A stretch of DNA of 64,000 bases from positions 2,366,508-2,430,507 of the forward strand of contig MU053588.1 of assembly GCA_013239625.1 (NCBI GenBank). The letters run 5' to 3'. The position numbers were made by a program, and so were the translations under genes. This document shows, in pieces, positions 47,501-60,409 of the stretch. Numbering within the stretch: position 1 is the first letter of the stretch; each line of letters starts with the position of its first letter. The notes below the pieces were generated by a model. That model ran no database searches, was not told the DNA's origin, and was given only the letters and a program-made list of their open reading frames with translations. The stretch is from Lama guanicoe. Lineage: Eukaryota.

Positions 47501-50500
47501 TATCTCCAAGCCATTGGACCCCTTCTGCTCTCTCCTCCTATATGATAGCCTTGTGCTGGCCCAAGCTCTGTACTCACATGGAGCTACCCTAGAGGACTTC
47601 CAGGAGTCAGATCACAGCTGATGGGAAGGGTTTGGTGATAGGCACAGGGTGGCTGGGCTGCTCCAGCAGGGGAGGAGAATAAGCATTTGGGAGGACCAGA
47701 GTGTCTTCCCACCTTGATGCATGCTGTCTCTGCCCTCAGACGACAACCTGGGAGTGTGCTGGCAGGAAGTAGGGGCTGACCTTGTGTGCAGTCGCCCTAG
47801 GCTGGATCGCCAGGCCACCTACACAGAGTGTTGCTGCCTCTATGGAGAGGCCTGGGGCATGGACTGTGCCCTCTGCCCTGCCCAGGACTCAGGTACCGCC
47901 ACCTGCCTGGGCCACACTCAGAGACCCTGCCCCTCAGACTCCAAATCCAGGCCCTCGGACTCCCAGTCTTAGACCTCAAGATTTCCCCAAACTCAGCCCC
48001 TCAGACCACTATGTCCCAGCCCATCCCTAAATCTCGGTCCCTTAGACCCCAAGTCACAACCCAAAGACCTCCAAGCCTCAATCACAGAAACCCCAAGGCT
48101 TGACTCACCAGGTCCCATAGAGCTCTGAAGTCTGGTCTCTCAGACCCTCAACTCCTGGTCTCTAGACCCCCAAGACAGCCCATGAGACCTCCTCCCCCAA
48201 ATCCTGGACCTTTAGATGCTCAGACCCTGCCATCCTGGCCCACAGACTCTCTGGTCATAGCTCACAGACCTCCAAGTTCCAGGGGCTTGGACACCCACAT
48301 CTGGGTGCCTGAGAATTCAACACACAGCACCAGATATCCCCATGTCTTGGCTCCTAAAATCCCTGAGTCCCCCCAGTTCTCAGTCTTTGGGAAACCAGTG
48401 TCATCCCCAGACTCCTCATCCTCTGACTTCCAGGTCCCATGGCTCAGATCCCCTCCTGTACATCCTGACCCCTCGGGCCCCCAGTACGTCTCAGTCCTGG
48501 TCCCTAATATACCTCCACCCCATTTTCATAGGCCCCTAGTCCCAGCTCCCAGCAAGGGCTGATCGTTAGGCTCGGCTCCGTTTCACAGATGACTTTGAGG
48601 CTCTGTGCAATGTTCTGCGGCCCCCTGCGTATGGACCCCCGCGGCCAGGTGGCTTTGGACTCCCCTACGAGTATGGCCCAGACCTGGGTCCACCTTACCA
48701 GGGCCTTCCCTATGGGCCTGAGTTGTACCCGCCACCTGTGCTACCCTATGACCCCTACCCTCCGCCACCTGGGCCCTTTGCCCGCCGGGAGGCCCCCTAC
48801 GGGACGCCACCATTCGACCTGCCTGACTTTGAGGACGATGGCGGCCCTTACGGTGAATCTGAGGCTCCTGCTCCACCTGGCCCGGGGACCCGCTGGCGGT
48901 ATCGGCCCCGCGACACCCGTGGCTCCTTCCCAGAACCTGAGGAGTCGCCTGAAGGTGGAAGCTATGCTGGTGAGTACTGTGCACCGAGTGATGGGGACTA
49001 AGATTAGGAGGGAAATGTGCAGAGAGATGGAGAGAGGGGGAGGGAGAGGGGGGAGAGACAGAGAAAGACGGAAACAAAGAGAAGCGGGGGAGAGACAGGC
49101 TCAGAGAGATGAGCAGAGCCACCATTGGAGAGAGTGACAAAGAGCAGGGATGAAGAGGAACAGAGACATACCTGTAGACCGACGGGAAAGAGATGAGGAC
49201 CCAGGGAAAGCTAAGGAGAGCGGAGTGACGTAAACATCCTGGCCCCACAGTGCCCCCTCCACGGCCCTGGAGTGGGATGGACAGTTTAGTAGGGAACACT
49301 TATCCGTGGAGGGATAAGGAATAGAAGGCAGAGACCTCAACCCCAGAGTCCCCGCATTCTCCACAGGCGCCCAGGCTGGGCCCTATGAGGGGCTGGAGGC
49401 GGAAGAGTGCGGGATCCTGGACGGCTGCGCCCACGGCCGCTGTGTGCGTGTCCCCGAGGGCTTCACCTGCGACTGCTTCGACGGCTACCGCCTGGACATG
49501 ACCCGCATGGCCTGCGTCGGTAAGGGGCAGGCTGGGGCCAGCATGGGGTGGGGGGAAGGGTGCGAGAGAAGGTGGAAACCTTAACTAAAGGTGAGTAATC
49601 AGGAACGTGAAGGAAACCAGCCAGCCTGAGGGGAGCAGAAAGTAATTCTTGCTCAGCGATGGGGCTTGCCTGAAGGAGAGATCAGGCTGGGAGGACAGCC
49701 GAGCTTGACCACAGGGCAGGGGCAGGCCTGAAGCAGGAGGGAAGGGTAGAATTCTGTGGATGTAATTACTAAGGACTCCCAGGGCGACCTTGGGCAATTT
49801 GCTTGACCTCTTTGAAGAGCTTTCAGTTTTCCCATCTGTAAAATGGGAATATGAATCATGTCTGCCTCGTTTAGACAGTAGTAGGTCAGGGTGGTTACAA
49901 TCAAGGACTCTGGGGGAGTTGGATAGACCTCAGGCTCAATCCAGCAGCTGGCTATGTGACCCTGGACAGGTCACTTTCCCTTGCTCAATTTTTCTCATCT
50001 CATTTTTCCCATTTCATAGAGTGGTGAATATCAGTTTACACTGACAGTGAGACCTGTGTCAAAACCAAGGTTCAGAAAATGGAATTGAATTCCCCAAAGT
50101 CTCACAGCCAAGAAATAGCAGGGAGCTGGGCACTCCGGGTTTTTGAGAACTGGTCTGGGCGGAGTGTGGCCTTATTGTGTGACACTGGGCCAAGGGGTTC
50201 CCCACACTGGGCCTCAGTTTGCATTTACAGTAAAGTGGGATTACAGTACCTACCTTATCGGGTTATTAGGAGGATAAACTTAATACATGTAAAACGCTTA
50301 AAACAATGTCTGTTACAGAATAAGCATTCATTGTTGTTGAAATCATCATCAATATTGTTTTCCTAACAAAAACCTAGTGACCTAGGGGCTTACATACCAA
50401 TCTCACAGAACACAAAGTTGAGACACAGAGAGGTTAAGGCACCTGCCCTGGCTACACAGCCAGCAGGTGATAGTGGCTGGTTTCGACTCCAACAGGAGGC

Positions 50501-50758
50501 TCAGCATCCACACACCTCTGCCCCAGGAGAGCCTCAGGGGCCAGGGAGGCGGGCTCCCGGGTCCCCAGCCTTGAACAACGCCTCTGTTATCCCCCTTTCC
50601 CAGACATCAACGAGTGTGACGAGGCCGAGGCTGCCGCTCCGCTCTGCATCAACGCGCGCTGCGTCAACACCGATGGCTCTTTCCGCTGTATCTGCCGCCC
50701 AGGATTCGCACCCTCACACGAGCCGCACCACTGCACGCCCGCCAGGCCCCGGGCCTGA
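23573..50758 (+). CDS. LTBP4: Latent TGF-beta binding protein 4, long isoform (LTBP4L), about 1630 aa
   Basis: L-specific exons: 23573-23721 (signal peptide [21 protein letters not shown]), 25524-25582, 25755-25893, 26371-26480. Shared exons: 31261-31452, 31636-31883, 31960-32062, 32417-32491, 32588-32710, 33199-33363, 34091-34240, 34366-34485, 35075-35206, 36142-36267, 36955-37080, 37592-37834, 38303-38428, 38517-38636, 39531-39659, 39889-40014, 40406-40528, 40770-40901, 42454-42585, 42660-42785, 43885-44031, 45299-45580, 45887-45958, 46254-46382, 46597-46743, 47740-47892, 48589-48969, 49367-49519, 50604-50758 (TGA). Contains cbEGF repeats (DVDEC), 8-Cys TB domains (CCC) and a Pro-rich hinge. 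Confidence 0.97.
27370..27687 (+). promoter_or_regulatory. LTBP4: LTBP4S CpG-island promoter and 5' UTR
   Basis: Very GC- and CpG-rich, with multiple GC boxes, upstream of ATG 27688. Confidence 0.7.
27688..27937 (+). CDS. LTBP4: LTBP4 short isoform (LTBP4S) first coding exon; isoform about 1561 aa
   Basis: Kozak GCAGCCATGG, signal peptide [19 protein letters not shown], 4-Cys region, phase-1 donor T|GTGAGT joining shared exon 31261. Lies in a CpG island. Confidence 0.93.
35231..36045. other. Assembly gap (815 N)
   Basis: Run of N within an LTBP4 intron. Confidence 1.
49790..50480. mobile_element. MIR SINE fragments
   Basis: MIR core CAGTTTTCCCATCTGTAAAATGGG and GAGACACAGAGAGGTTAAG. Similar cores at about 4445-4830, 8560-8930, 34660-34800, 53690-53920 and 61270-61470. 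Confidence 0.6.
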
Positions 50759-50988
50759 GCCCCTGCAGCCCCGGGCTGCCAACTCCGCGCCTGCGCACGC
50801 GGGGCCCTTGCGGCGCACACCCTCACGCCCGCTTGCGCGCATGCGCATAGGGATACCGGACTCGGCGGAAACGAGGGACGGTCAGACAGACCGACGGATA
50901 GGAGAAGCGCCCCTCCTACCAACGCCCCTGGCCTGGGCCTAGCCCACGGTCCCCTTTACATTCCCGCTCCGTTTTATAAAAGTTTTCA

Positions 50989-50994
50989 ATTAAA
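50989..50994 (+). terminator. LTBP4: LTBP4 polyadenylation signal (ATTAAA)
   Basis: ATTAAA 230 nt after the stop, followed by a long T/GT-rich tract. A further AATAAA lies at 51351-51356. Confidence 0.7.
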
Positions 50995-53650
50995 AAACAC
51001 CTCTTTTGTACCTTATGTCTCTGTCTGCCTGTTTCTCAAAGCTTGGCTCCAGTTTATTATTTGAGCCACTAAATTACATCCTCTCCCCATCTCTGCTACT
51101 TCACTCCCGTGCCTCTCTGTTGCTTGGTCTATCTCTGCCTCTCTTGGTCTCTGTTTTTCTCCTAGGTTTGTTTCTTTATCTCGGTCTTGTGCCTCTTGTC
51201 TTTCTGCTTGTTTTCTCTACCTAATTCTCCATGTCTCTCTGCCTTTGTCTTTTGGTCTATGTTTTTCTCTTTCCCTAGCTCTCTGTTTCATTATCTCTCT
51301 AAAGTTGACTGAGATCTCACATCTGGATTTTTAATTTTCCTGACCCACCCAATAAATCCTGTGGAACCCCTGCTTCCCCCGTGTGGGGCCCCAGGAAGTC
51401 ATGGGATGTGTTAGCTTCAGCCCCTGCTCAGGAAGCTATCTCTTTTCTCAGCTAGAGGGAACCCCACATTTCCCCTGCTCCCCAAAGAAGTTAAAAACTC
51501 TCTAGGACAAGTGGGCCATGGGGAGGAGACAGTTCCCCCCCCCCAAAAGAACCAAAAACATCCTGGATGGGCATAAGCTCAGGAGACAGGGGACAGTCAG
51601 GAGTTGGGGAGCTCTCTGGCACTGGAACAAATCAATACAAAAGACTGCGCCTGAGTCATTCTTCACACACTTGTTAGTGTTAGGGTCTCAAACTCAAATG
51701 GTTTGGGGCCCAGGTGAGTGATATTAGAAAGGAGCAGGTGCAGAGTAAGAAAATCAAAGCATAAAAATGAGGCTTCATAACCAGGGACATTGTGCTTACA
51801 AGTCAACTGGAACAGAGAGGGAAACTTACCCCATCTTAAATAAGATTTTTATAACCACCCTGTGGGGCTTATCTGGCCCATGAGAGACCAATTTTGATCT
51901 CCCAGGTTCAGCTCAAGTTGTGTAAATGGGGAATGGGCGCTCCTTGACTCAACCCCCCCGAGCTTTGGGGAGGGTCACTTTCTCACTGGTGCCACATGGA
52001 GGATCACACAAATAGTGCCTGCTCTCCAGAAGTGCTGGTGGCAGCTACATGAATCATTCTGTATGTCAAATGCTGAGAATGTCACCTGGCACATGGCAAG
52101 GGCTCAGTGATTGAGCCTCCCTGGAAATACTGAGACCTGGGGCTGGCCGGGTGTTGACGGCAAACAGCTACATCTTGTTCTTCACCTGATCTCCCTCCCA
52201 GGGTGATGGAGGACGCCAGACCCTCTTTCAACAGGACAGTGAGAAACAGCTAGCACAGGGCCCTGGGCAGGGAGGGGTGTCAGTCTGCTAGGGGCACAAA
52301 GCTCCACAAAGGGAACGATGGTTGCACAACTTTGTACTAAAAACCACTAAGTTATACACTTGAAATGAGTGAGTTGTATGGTATATGAATTGTCACTCAA
52401 TAAAGCAGTTAAAAAGAAAAATTCTACAAAGGGAGGTCAGGAAGTGACGATCCAGCTGATACAGGGAGACTGACTCAAACACTGACCTGTCATTCCTTCA
52501 TTCAACAAGTACTTTCTATATAACATCTGCTTTGTAATAAACAAGTGTTGGGAACACAAACTTTAACCTAGCCCTAAGGGGTGGGAGCTCTGGAGGGGTC
52601 TTGGAGGAGATGTCTTAACTAAGACCTCAACGATGTGGGGAAATGAGCCACGAAGGAAGCAGTGGAGGAGAATGTTCTAGGTGGAGGGAACAGTATCCGC
52701 AAAGGCCTACAGGTAAGGATGGCAAATATCTTTTAAATGCCCCCTCCCTTTATTTTTGGTATGTCAGTCCCTGTGCTGGACAATGCTGGTGACATTTTTT
52801 GTTCCCAAGAAATCCCTGGTCCCTGCCCTCATGGAGCTCCAGTGAGGGATACAGACACATTGCCAGACGTGACAATTTGTGCTGGAACTGGGGAGGTACA
52901 GAAAAGGGGTCAGGGCTAGGATAGGGAAGATCAGAGGTTGTGGGTGCCCAGAAGAGGCACCTGACTCAATCTGAGAGAATATCAGGGAAGGCTTCCTAGA
53001 GGAAGCAATAGAGTTCTGAACAGTCTCTGCTCAGGGTTCTAGATCCCTTTGAGAATTTGTTGAAAGCTTTGGACATTCACAGAAGAAAAACACACAAATC
53101 TTGTAGGCAATTCCTAAACACTCGCATTCCCTAAAGTGCCTGTGCCTGGGCAGAGCCCTTGGGCATCCTCCACGACCCTCCACGACCACCTTGCTGTATA
53201 AATGTCCCAGGAATGGGGAATGGGATGGACAAGAGCGGTGAAAAACTTCGAGATGGAATTTCAGCATCCTGGATGTGGGGTTGTAGAGCCCCAAACATCC
53301 CTCTCAAGCCCCACTGGGCCTGGAGGGTGTGCCAAAGATCTAGCTTTTTCCTGCCTACATTCCCCGCACCAAGCTCTAGCCCCAGCGCTGTGGGGCCCTT
53401 GGCACGTGCCTCTGGACCAACGCGTTCTCCTCTGGAATGTCCAGAGGGAAATAGTCCAGACGGTTACCGAGCTCGCGAGACAAGCGCCGCAGCGCCCCCT
53501 GACGGTCACCGAGCAAGCGCATCCCAAGCCGCCCGCGCCCCCTAGTGGCCGATGCTCATACAGTCATCAGCGAGCATCGACTGCAGATTCCAGTCTTTGG
53601 TCGGCTAGCTGGAGTCATCATCGTCGCCTTCGTCAACCTTATTTTCATCA

Positions 53651-53691
53651 GCGTCGTCGTCGTCGGCGTCATCATCATCATCATCATCATC
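53651..53691. repeat. (CGT)n(CAT)n trinucleotide repeat
   Basis: GCGTCGTCGTCGTCGGCGTCATCATCATCATCATCATCATC. Confidence 0.9.
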
Positions 53692-54159
53692 GCTAATACA
53701 TAAATAGCGCATCTTATGTACTAAGCACTATGCTGCTTTATATACGTCACATCATTTGATCCTCACATCAGCCCTGTAAAATAGGTGATGTTATCATCTC
53801 CATTTTCCTCATTTGAAGCACAGAGAGGTAAGGAAACTTACCCAAAATCACATAACTACCAAGCGGCAAGGTCTGGAATGAAACTAGGTACTTTGTTTCC
53901 TGGGTCCATTTTCTGAACTGTTAAAAAAAATAATGAAGTGAAGTAATATGATAGTTGGGAATTGCTTCAAAATAATCCTACAGAACAGCTGAGGGTCAAA
54001 GTGGAGAGAGCTTGGGTCCAGGGATCACTACATTGCCAGCCTGGATCATTTCACCTCTATTATGAGTATTATGGGTATTATGAGAGAGTGTTATGTGAAA
54101 ATAAACTTGCTTTTTTGTTTAGGTCATCATATTTTGAAGTCTCTTTGATATAGGGACTT

Positions 54160-54325
54160 AGCTTAAATCCTTAAACAAGGGCACCAGAATCACCTGGAGG
54201 GCTTGTTAAAGGGCAGATTGCTGGGCTCCACCCCCAGAAAGCCTGGAGTAAAGCTAGAATTCATATTTCAAGTAAGTTCCCAGGGTCTGCTGCTGATCTA
54301 GGGACCACATTTTGAGAAACACTAC
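54160..54325. mobile_element. MER5A-like DNA transposon fossil
   Basis: CAGAATCACCTGGAGGGCTTGTTAAA...CAGATTGCTGGGCTCCACCCCCAGA...GGGACCACATTTTGAGAAACACT. Confidence 0.65.
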
Positions 54326-54990
54326 CCCAAGTAATACAGATCTTTACTAGATATTGTTTTGTATGCTCAGCACTCATTCTCTCCCTTTAAAAAAAAATTT
54401 GGCCCCGCCCCCAAGGCTGTTCCGGTGGGTAGGTACTGCGATGCGATCCGTCCACAGAAGCTGAGTTTCCTGCCTGCGTCTGCAAGAGTGTGTTGGGCGC
54501 GGGCCCTCCTTCAAGTTAAATGTTGAAGCTGCTTTAAGGTAAAAGCTGAGAGTTGTGAAGCCACTTGTATTGAATGCAGAGATCTTTCCTTCTCAAAGCA
54601 TAGAAAATGATTTACGTCAAAAACCCTTTTGGGAAGCGTGTCCTGTGAGTCCTGTGATACCTTTGAGACAAGCCTACACCTTGCGTTGTCATCACTCTCT
54701 AGATGTATTGTAATTTCACATTTTTCTTTATCTCTATTACCGCAGTTACCTGAAAGTAGTTCTAATTTGAAAAATGAGATATTTTAATCTATGTTTTTGT
54801 GTTCTATTTCTGAATGTTTTGTGTCAAATATGGATAATGAGACGTGTAAAAAGTGTGCTCCTTAGGAGATAGGTGGATTTTGCTTTTAACTAGTGAACAA
54901 TTAATTTTTCATTATTGGCAGATGCATTTTATTGGACTATCTATTCTCTCACATGAACATTAAAAAGCATAGTAAAACCATAAAAAACGC

Positions 54991-55075
54991 ATTTTTTAAA
55001 ATGGTGGTGCTGGGGATTGAACCCAGGACCTTGGGCATGCTAAACATGTACCCTATCACTGAGCTATACCCCATT
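54991..55075 (-). mobile_element. tRNA-derived SINE (Vic-1-like)
   Basis: CTGGGGATTGAACCCAGGACC...ACTGAGCTATACCCC. Confidence 0.85.
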
Positions 55076-55820
55076 CCTGCAGTCTCTGTCTTTGGGACAA
55101 CGGCCTTCTTCAGTCTGAGTCCATAGGGTTGACCCCACTGGAAGACTCCACGCCTGGCCAATGAGTGAATCCTTCCGCTTGGCTTTTGTAGTTGGCTCAG
55201 TGTTGCGCATGTCCTGGAGCTCAAGGAATGAGAGTCAGCCCTGGAACTATTGCTGGGGGAGGGGCCTCCTAGGCTTACTGGGCTGGAAGAACATAGGCCT
55301 GGCGCATTGGGGACTTCCAGAATAGAAGAGCTAGTCTGAAAATGAAGCCAACACAGGGGAAAGTAGGGCTAGGAAATGAACAGAGAGACTGTTCCTGACA
55401 TATACCATCTGTGCCTCTGGGTCCAGTGAATCCCCAGAATGTTTCAGTAATTTCACATTTTCCTTCACATCCTACATCAAATCTATCAGTAAATTCTGTC
55501 AACTCTACCTATAAAAGATGTCCTATCCTGTCTTGGAGGAAGATCATGCTATAAATTAGAACATTATGGGGTCAATGACAAAATGGGAATACAAATAGTA
55601 GATTAGGAAAATTTTGCAAATTAGGGATAAATTTACTAACGTTGGTCATTGTACTGTGGTTGTGTAAGAGAATATTGATATTCTTAGGAAATGCACACTG
55701 AACTATTTAGGAATAAAAGGCCATGGTGTGTGTATCTTAGCTTCAAATTATACAGAAAAAAAAAATCACAGAATAGAGCAAATGTCAAAGAGGGTAAAAA
55801 TGTTAACAATAGGTGAATCT

Positions 55821-55950
55821 GGGGGGTGGGGGTATAGCCCAGTGGTAGAGCAAGTGCTTAGCATGCACTAGGTCCTGGGTTCAAGCCCCAGTACCTCCAT
55901 TAAATAAACAAATAAACAAACCTAATTACCTCTCTCCCTGCAAAAAAAAA
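55821..55950 (+). mobile_element. tRNA-derived SINE (Vic-1-like, long form) inserted in an L1-like fragment
   Basis: A and B boxes, then the (AAAT/AAAC)n-CCTAATTACCTC extension and poly-A. Confidence 0.85.
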
Positions 55951-58900
55951 GAGACTCTGAGTGAAAAGTATACAAATGTTCTTTATACTATTCTTAGTTT
56001 TGCAAATTTTTTTTATAAATTTGAAATTATCTTAAAAAAAGGTTAAACTTTTTTTTTTGAGAAATGAGAGATCTAAAATTCTGGACAACAATATGAATAT
56101 AAGTAGATTTGGGAGAGAAAGATAAAGTGCTCTATGATCCAGATAGTGTTTGGTCTGATGATTAAACTTTTCATTAAACTTCAGACCTGACTTTCTGCAG
56201 TGTGCCTGGTAACATTTCAAGGACTACCACTAAAAGAATAGAAATGGTGTATAGATTCAAAATTAGTATAAGGAAAAGAGTCAGAAAACATAAGACAAAA
56301 CAAACAAAAAAATGCAATCACTTCAGAGGAGCCTGAATGAGGGGGTGGGGTAGGGGAAGCGTAGAAATAATGGGGACAATAAAATCACAAAGACAGATGG
56401 CTGGAGTGGGTAAAATATCACTAATCACACTAAGAAAAAGTGCATTCTGAGTCTAAACACTTCTGGCCACATCCCCTGCTTCCACCCGTGTCCCACGCTC
56501 CTCCCTGGGCTTTCTGCTCCCGCCTTTGCCCTCGGAGTCACTTTCTCACGCAGCTAGAGAGACTCAACACCCAAGTCAGATCCAGTCCCTCCCCTGCTCA
56601 GAACCTTCCCATGGCTCCATCTGACTCAGAGTAAAAGCCAGAGTCCCCACTGTAGCCCCTAGGACTCGGCACCACCTGCTTCTGTTTTCATCCCCTCTCT
56701 CGCCTTGCTCAGTCCTCTCCAGGCACACGCAACTCCTTGTTGTTTCTTTAAAATAACAGACACGTTCCCACCTCAGGACCTTTGCACTTGCTGTTCCCTC
56801 TGCCTGGGGGCCTCTTTCCACTTGGCTCACTCCCGCACCACCAGCGGAGAATGGATAAATAAACCAGGTACAGCTACACAATGGGATCCGCAATGAGAAT
56901 AACCCGTTAACTACTCACGATTACAGGAAGGTGTCTCACACTGTGTTGGGTGGGAAAAGCCAGACACTCAAGATAATTTATTTTCTGAATCCATTTACGT
57001 AAAATTCAAAACAGGAAAAACCAGTCTAGGCCGTCAGAAGTCAGAATGAGGGTGACCCTAATAGGAGGGCAGATGAATGGAAAGGAGCCAGGAGAGAGCT
57101 TGGGGGTAGGGGTGGGGGAGTGGGGCAGCTGCAAATGTTTCTTGATCTGGGAGCTGGTGACAGAGGTGTGTTCAGTTGGTGAAAATTCACCCCAATGTAC
57201 ACTTACGGATTGTACTGTTTTGCATGTGTGTCTACTTCAGTAAATAGATTAAAGAAAAAACAAAATAAAACGGAATGAAATTCCGTGTTCCCACCACCCA
57301 GCTTAAGCAACAAGACATTCCCAGCCCTCAGATCCCTCTCTCCCAACACAAGGCGCTTTTCTCTCTGCATACCCTGCCCCGCCGCCCCAGTTCCTTTCTC
57401 CAGCTTACTAAGACATCTTCGTACTCAGAACTCAGGCGGGGAGCGGGCAGGGGCCGGGGCGGGGTGCTGTGTGGAGGGGATGTGTGGTTGGTGGGGGATG
57501 GTGGGGAGCAGGAAGCATGAGACTTCTGGATCCTCAGCAGGGGCAGTGGGAAGTGTTTCGCGTGCCCTTGCCCTAAGTACTGGGGCAGCGGGCACTTTGC
57601 AGGCCACCCCGCAAGTGCTCAGGACCCTGTATCTAGGAGGTGGGACTCAGCGCTGAGCCTTCCTGTAAAGTAGCCATTAGAAATACATCCTATTTCCAAG
57701 CTCACTCTCTCTCTGTGTCTCTCTTTCTCTTTCTCCCTCCCTCCCAATCTCTCTCTCCTCAAGAACCCCCCAAATTATTTACATAAAGTTTTATTACATC
57801 AGACTGTAACCAAAGGACCTAAGTTCCCACTCTGAATCTTTCAATAAACTTTGAACAAATAGTAGTGCTTCTTTTTTTTTTTTTGTACTGTGTTGTTTAT
57901 TTTTAAATTCTTTTTTACTGGCATGATTTTATATATATGAGGTTCAAGAACAGTTCAGCCTTTGCATTTCTTTTCTGGCCATTAATATTGCTCATTTGAG
58001 ATCCTGATTGTTAACGGAAGTAATCTTGTCCTATTGGAAATGGAAGTACTTGGCAGGCCTCTGTGATGTCCCACAATGCCCCAGAGGGTGTGGTGACATT
58101 TTGGTGATGTTCGGGGGCAGGGTGCTAAGGGGGGCCAGTGACACAAGGGAAGGTGAGAGGTCTAGGTGGGACAGGCCCTGAGGACTCCAGGCTCGGAGGA
58201 AGATGAAGTCAATTCTCTTGGAAAGAAGAAACCACAGAACTTAGTGTCACATTGGCTGAAATGGCTGTGAGGGAGCAGGACAGGTGGAATGAGTGCTGGG
58301 GGCGTGGGGGGGCTGTGAATGAAGAAGGAGGGGCAGGTGAGACCAACCACTGCCCTCACTGAGAGCTTCCTGGGCACCCTTCCTTACTCACTGGGTCCTC
58401 ACTGCACCCACCTTACAGATGTGGCAACTGAGGCTCCAAGAGAGGAAGACCCCAAGCCGGAGAGCAGGACTGGAGCCCAGCTCCCCTACCTAACCCTGCT
58501 CTTCAAAATCTTAAATAACCTCAGGGCTTAAACCACCTGATTATTGCTTTTTCTCCCTTTAGAAAAAAAAAATACAGAAACATAAAAGCAAACACACTTG
58601 ATTATAAAGCCTGAGGGAATTTTTGGAGTGACAAAACTGCCCTGAATCCTGCTTGCAGTGGTGGTTATATGACTAGGCATTTGTCAAAACTCATAAAACT
58701 ATGTACAATACAGACACACACCCATGATTTTTACTACTTGTAAGAATGTTAAAAAAAAAAAAGACAGTGAATATACTTTGTCTGGATTCCAATTCAAACA
58801 GAACAACTGTAAAAAGACGTTTTTGAGACAAATTAGGGGAAACTTAAATAAGGGCTGGTTATTAGATGATATTAAGAAATGTGTTAATTTTGTTAGATGT

Positions 58901-58981
58901 GATAAGGCATTGTAGTTATATAAGGAGATGAACCTCCAACCCCTTACTTTGATGCTCTTCGTGGTATTTAAGAATGATCAT

Positions 58982-59124
58982 AGGAGGAGGGTACAGCTCA
59001 GTGGTGGAGCAAGTGCTTAACATGCACGAGGTCCTGGGTTCAAGCCCCAGTACCTCAATTTTAAATAAATAAATAAATAAACCTAATTACCTCCCCCTCA
59101 AAAAATTTTTTAAAAAGAAAAAAA
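58982..59124 (+). mobile_element. tRNA-derived SINE (Vic-1-like, long form)
   Basis: A and B boxes, CCTAATTACCTC extension, 12-bp TSD AAGAATGATCAT at 58970-58981 and 59125-59136. Confidence 0.9.
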
Positions 59125-59471
59125 AAGAATGATCATGATGTACATGACTTTTTTTTTTTTAAGTACTCCCCAACAATGGGGAGGGGAAAGAAGATGAAAT
59201 GGCAAAATGTTGATGGTTCTTGAAGCTACATGATGGGCCCATATAGGTTTATTTTCTCTCTGCTTTTGGTATCTGTCTGGAAATGTTCATGATCTAAGTT
59301 AAAATTTTTAAAAATAAAAAAGAGTTCACTGGTTGTTAAAAACAATTTGGAAAATACAGAAGACTAGACGGATACCCGTCTCCCCTTTTTTCCCCAACCC
59401 CACATCACTATTGCAGTCAACATTTTGATATATTTCCTTTCAGCCTTTTCTATTTTATTTGGGCTTTAAAA

Positions 59472-59474
<3 letters not shown>

Positions 59475-59506
<32 letters not shown>
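59475..59506. repeat. (TG)n microsatellite
   Basis: About 15 TG units. Confidence 0.95.
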
Positions 59507-59508
<2 letters not shown>

Positions 59509-60409
59509 ACACCACTGTGTGAGCAAATTGTTTATACAGTCCTGCTTTTTCCCTTCTTAAAACGTAAGCTGTTCCCTTGTTAAAACATCATCGTGTAAAC
59601 ACAATCTCTAATGTTTGCATGGTGTTTACTCAACAGGGCAGTGTTGCCAGACATTGAAGCTGTTTCCAATTTCCTCCCATTATAAATAATGCCGCGATGC
59701 ACATCCTTGTGGGTCCCAGAGGCGGGATTGCTGGGCCAAAGGGTGTGGACCCCTTGGCAGCTCACAGTCAAAATCTCCACAGTGTTTCTGCCTGACCCGA
59801 AGCTGAAATGACCTCATACGGATAAAGTGAGATTTCACCGCTATTTGTTATTTCCTAAAGGTTTGATTCATGACTCGGGTTCATAAGAGGATTTTTTTTT
59901 TCCAGTTGCAGGAAACAGAAATCCATTCACACTAACTCATGTCAAAAGGGAGTTATGTCAGTCAGCAAGTAAAGCTAATATTCAGCTTTGTGGACCTAAA
60001 ACAATAAAACAGCCAACTATTTTACCAGGAAAATGAGTTTGGGAACAGCAGAGAATTACAACTTGGGACATAGACCTATGGCAAACCACAGGCAAATGGG
60101 GACAACAAAGGAGAGGAACAGTTCTTTTATAGAGGAGCAAGGGGAGTTGGGAGGGGCTGTTATAAATAGAGTCCATTGTAGGAAACTAGGAGCTTGAAGT
60201 TTACTGGCTTTTCACTGGCCAAGTTGTAAGTCTCTTACAGGCTGAGCTGTTGCTAGGCAAGAAGAAATTCTTCCTTCCTCTCGCTGGGCAGTAGAGCAGT
60301 AACCTTTATCCTGTTGGAAATGAAAAAGTATCTCTTCCTGTCATGTCTGAGACTGTAATTGCCCTAGAGAGGAAATGCATGAGAACTCCCCCTTCTGGCC
60401 TCCCATTTT

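Noticed and set aside
53202..53696. 164-aa ORF ending in poly-Arg/poly-His
   Set aside because: The tail is just the (CGT)n(CAT)n microsatellite and the rest has no protein-like features.
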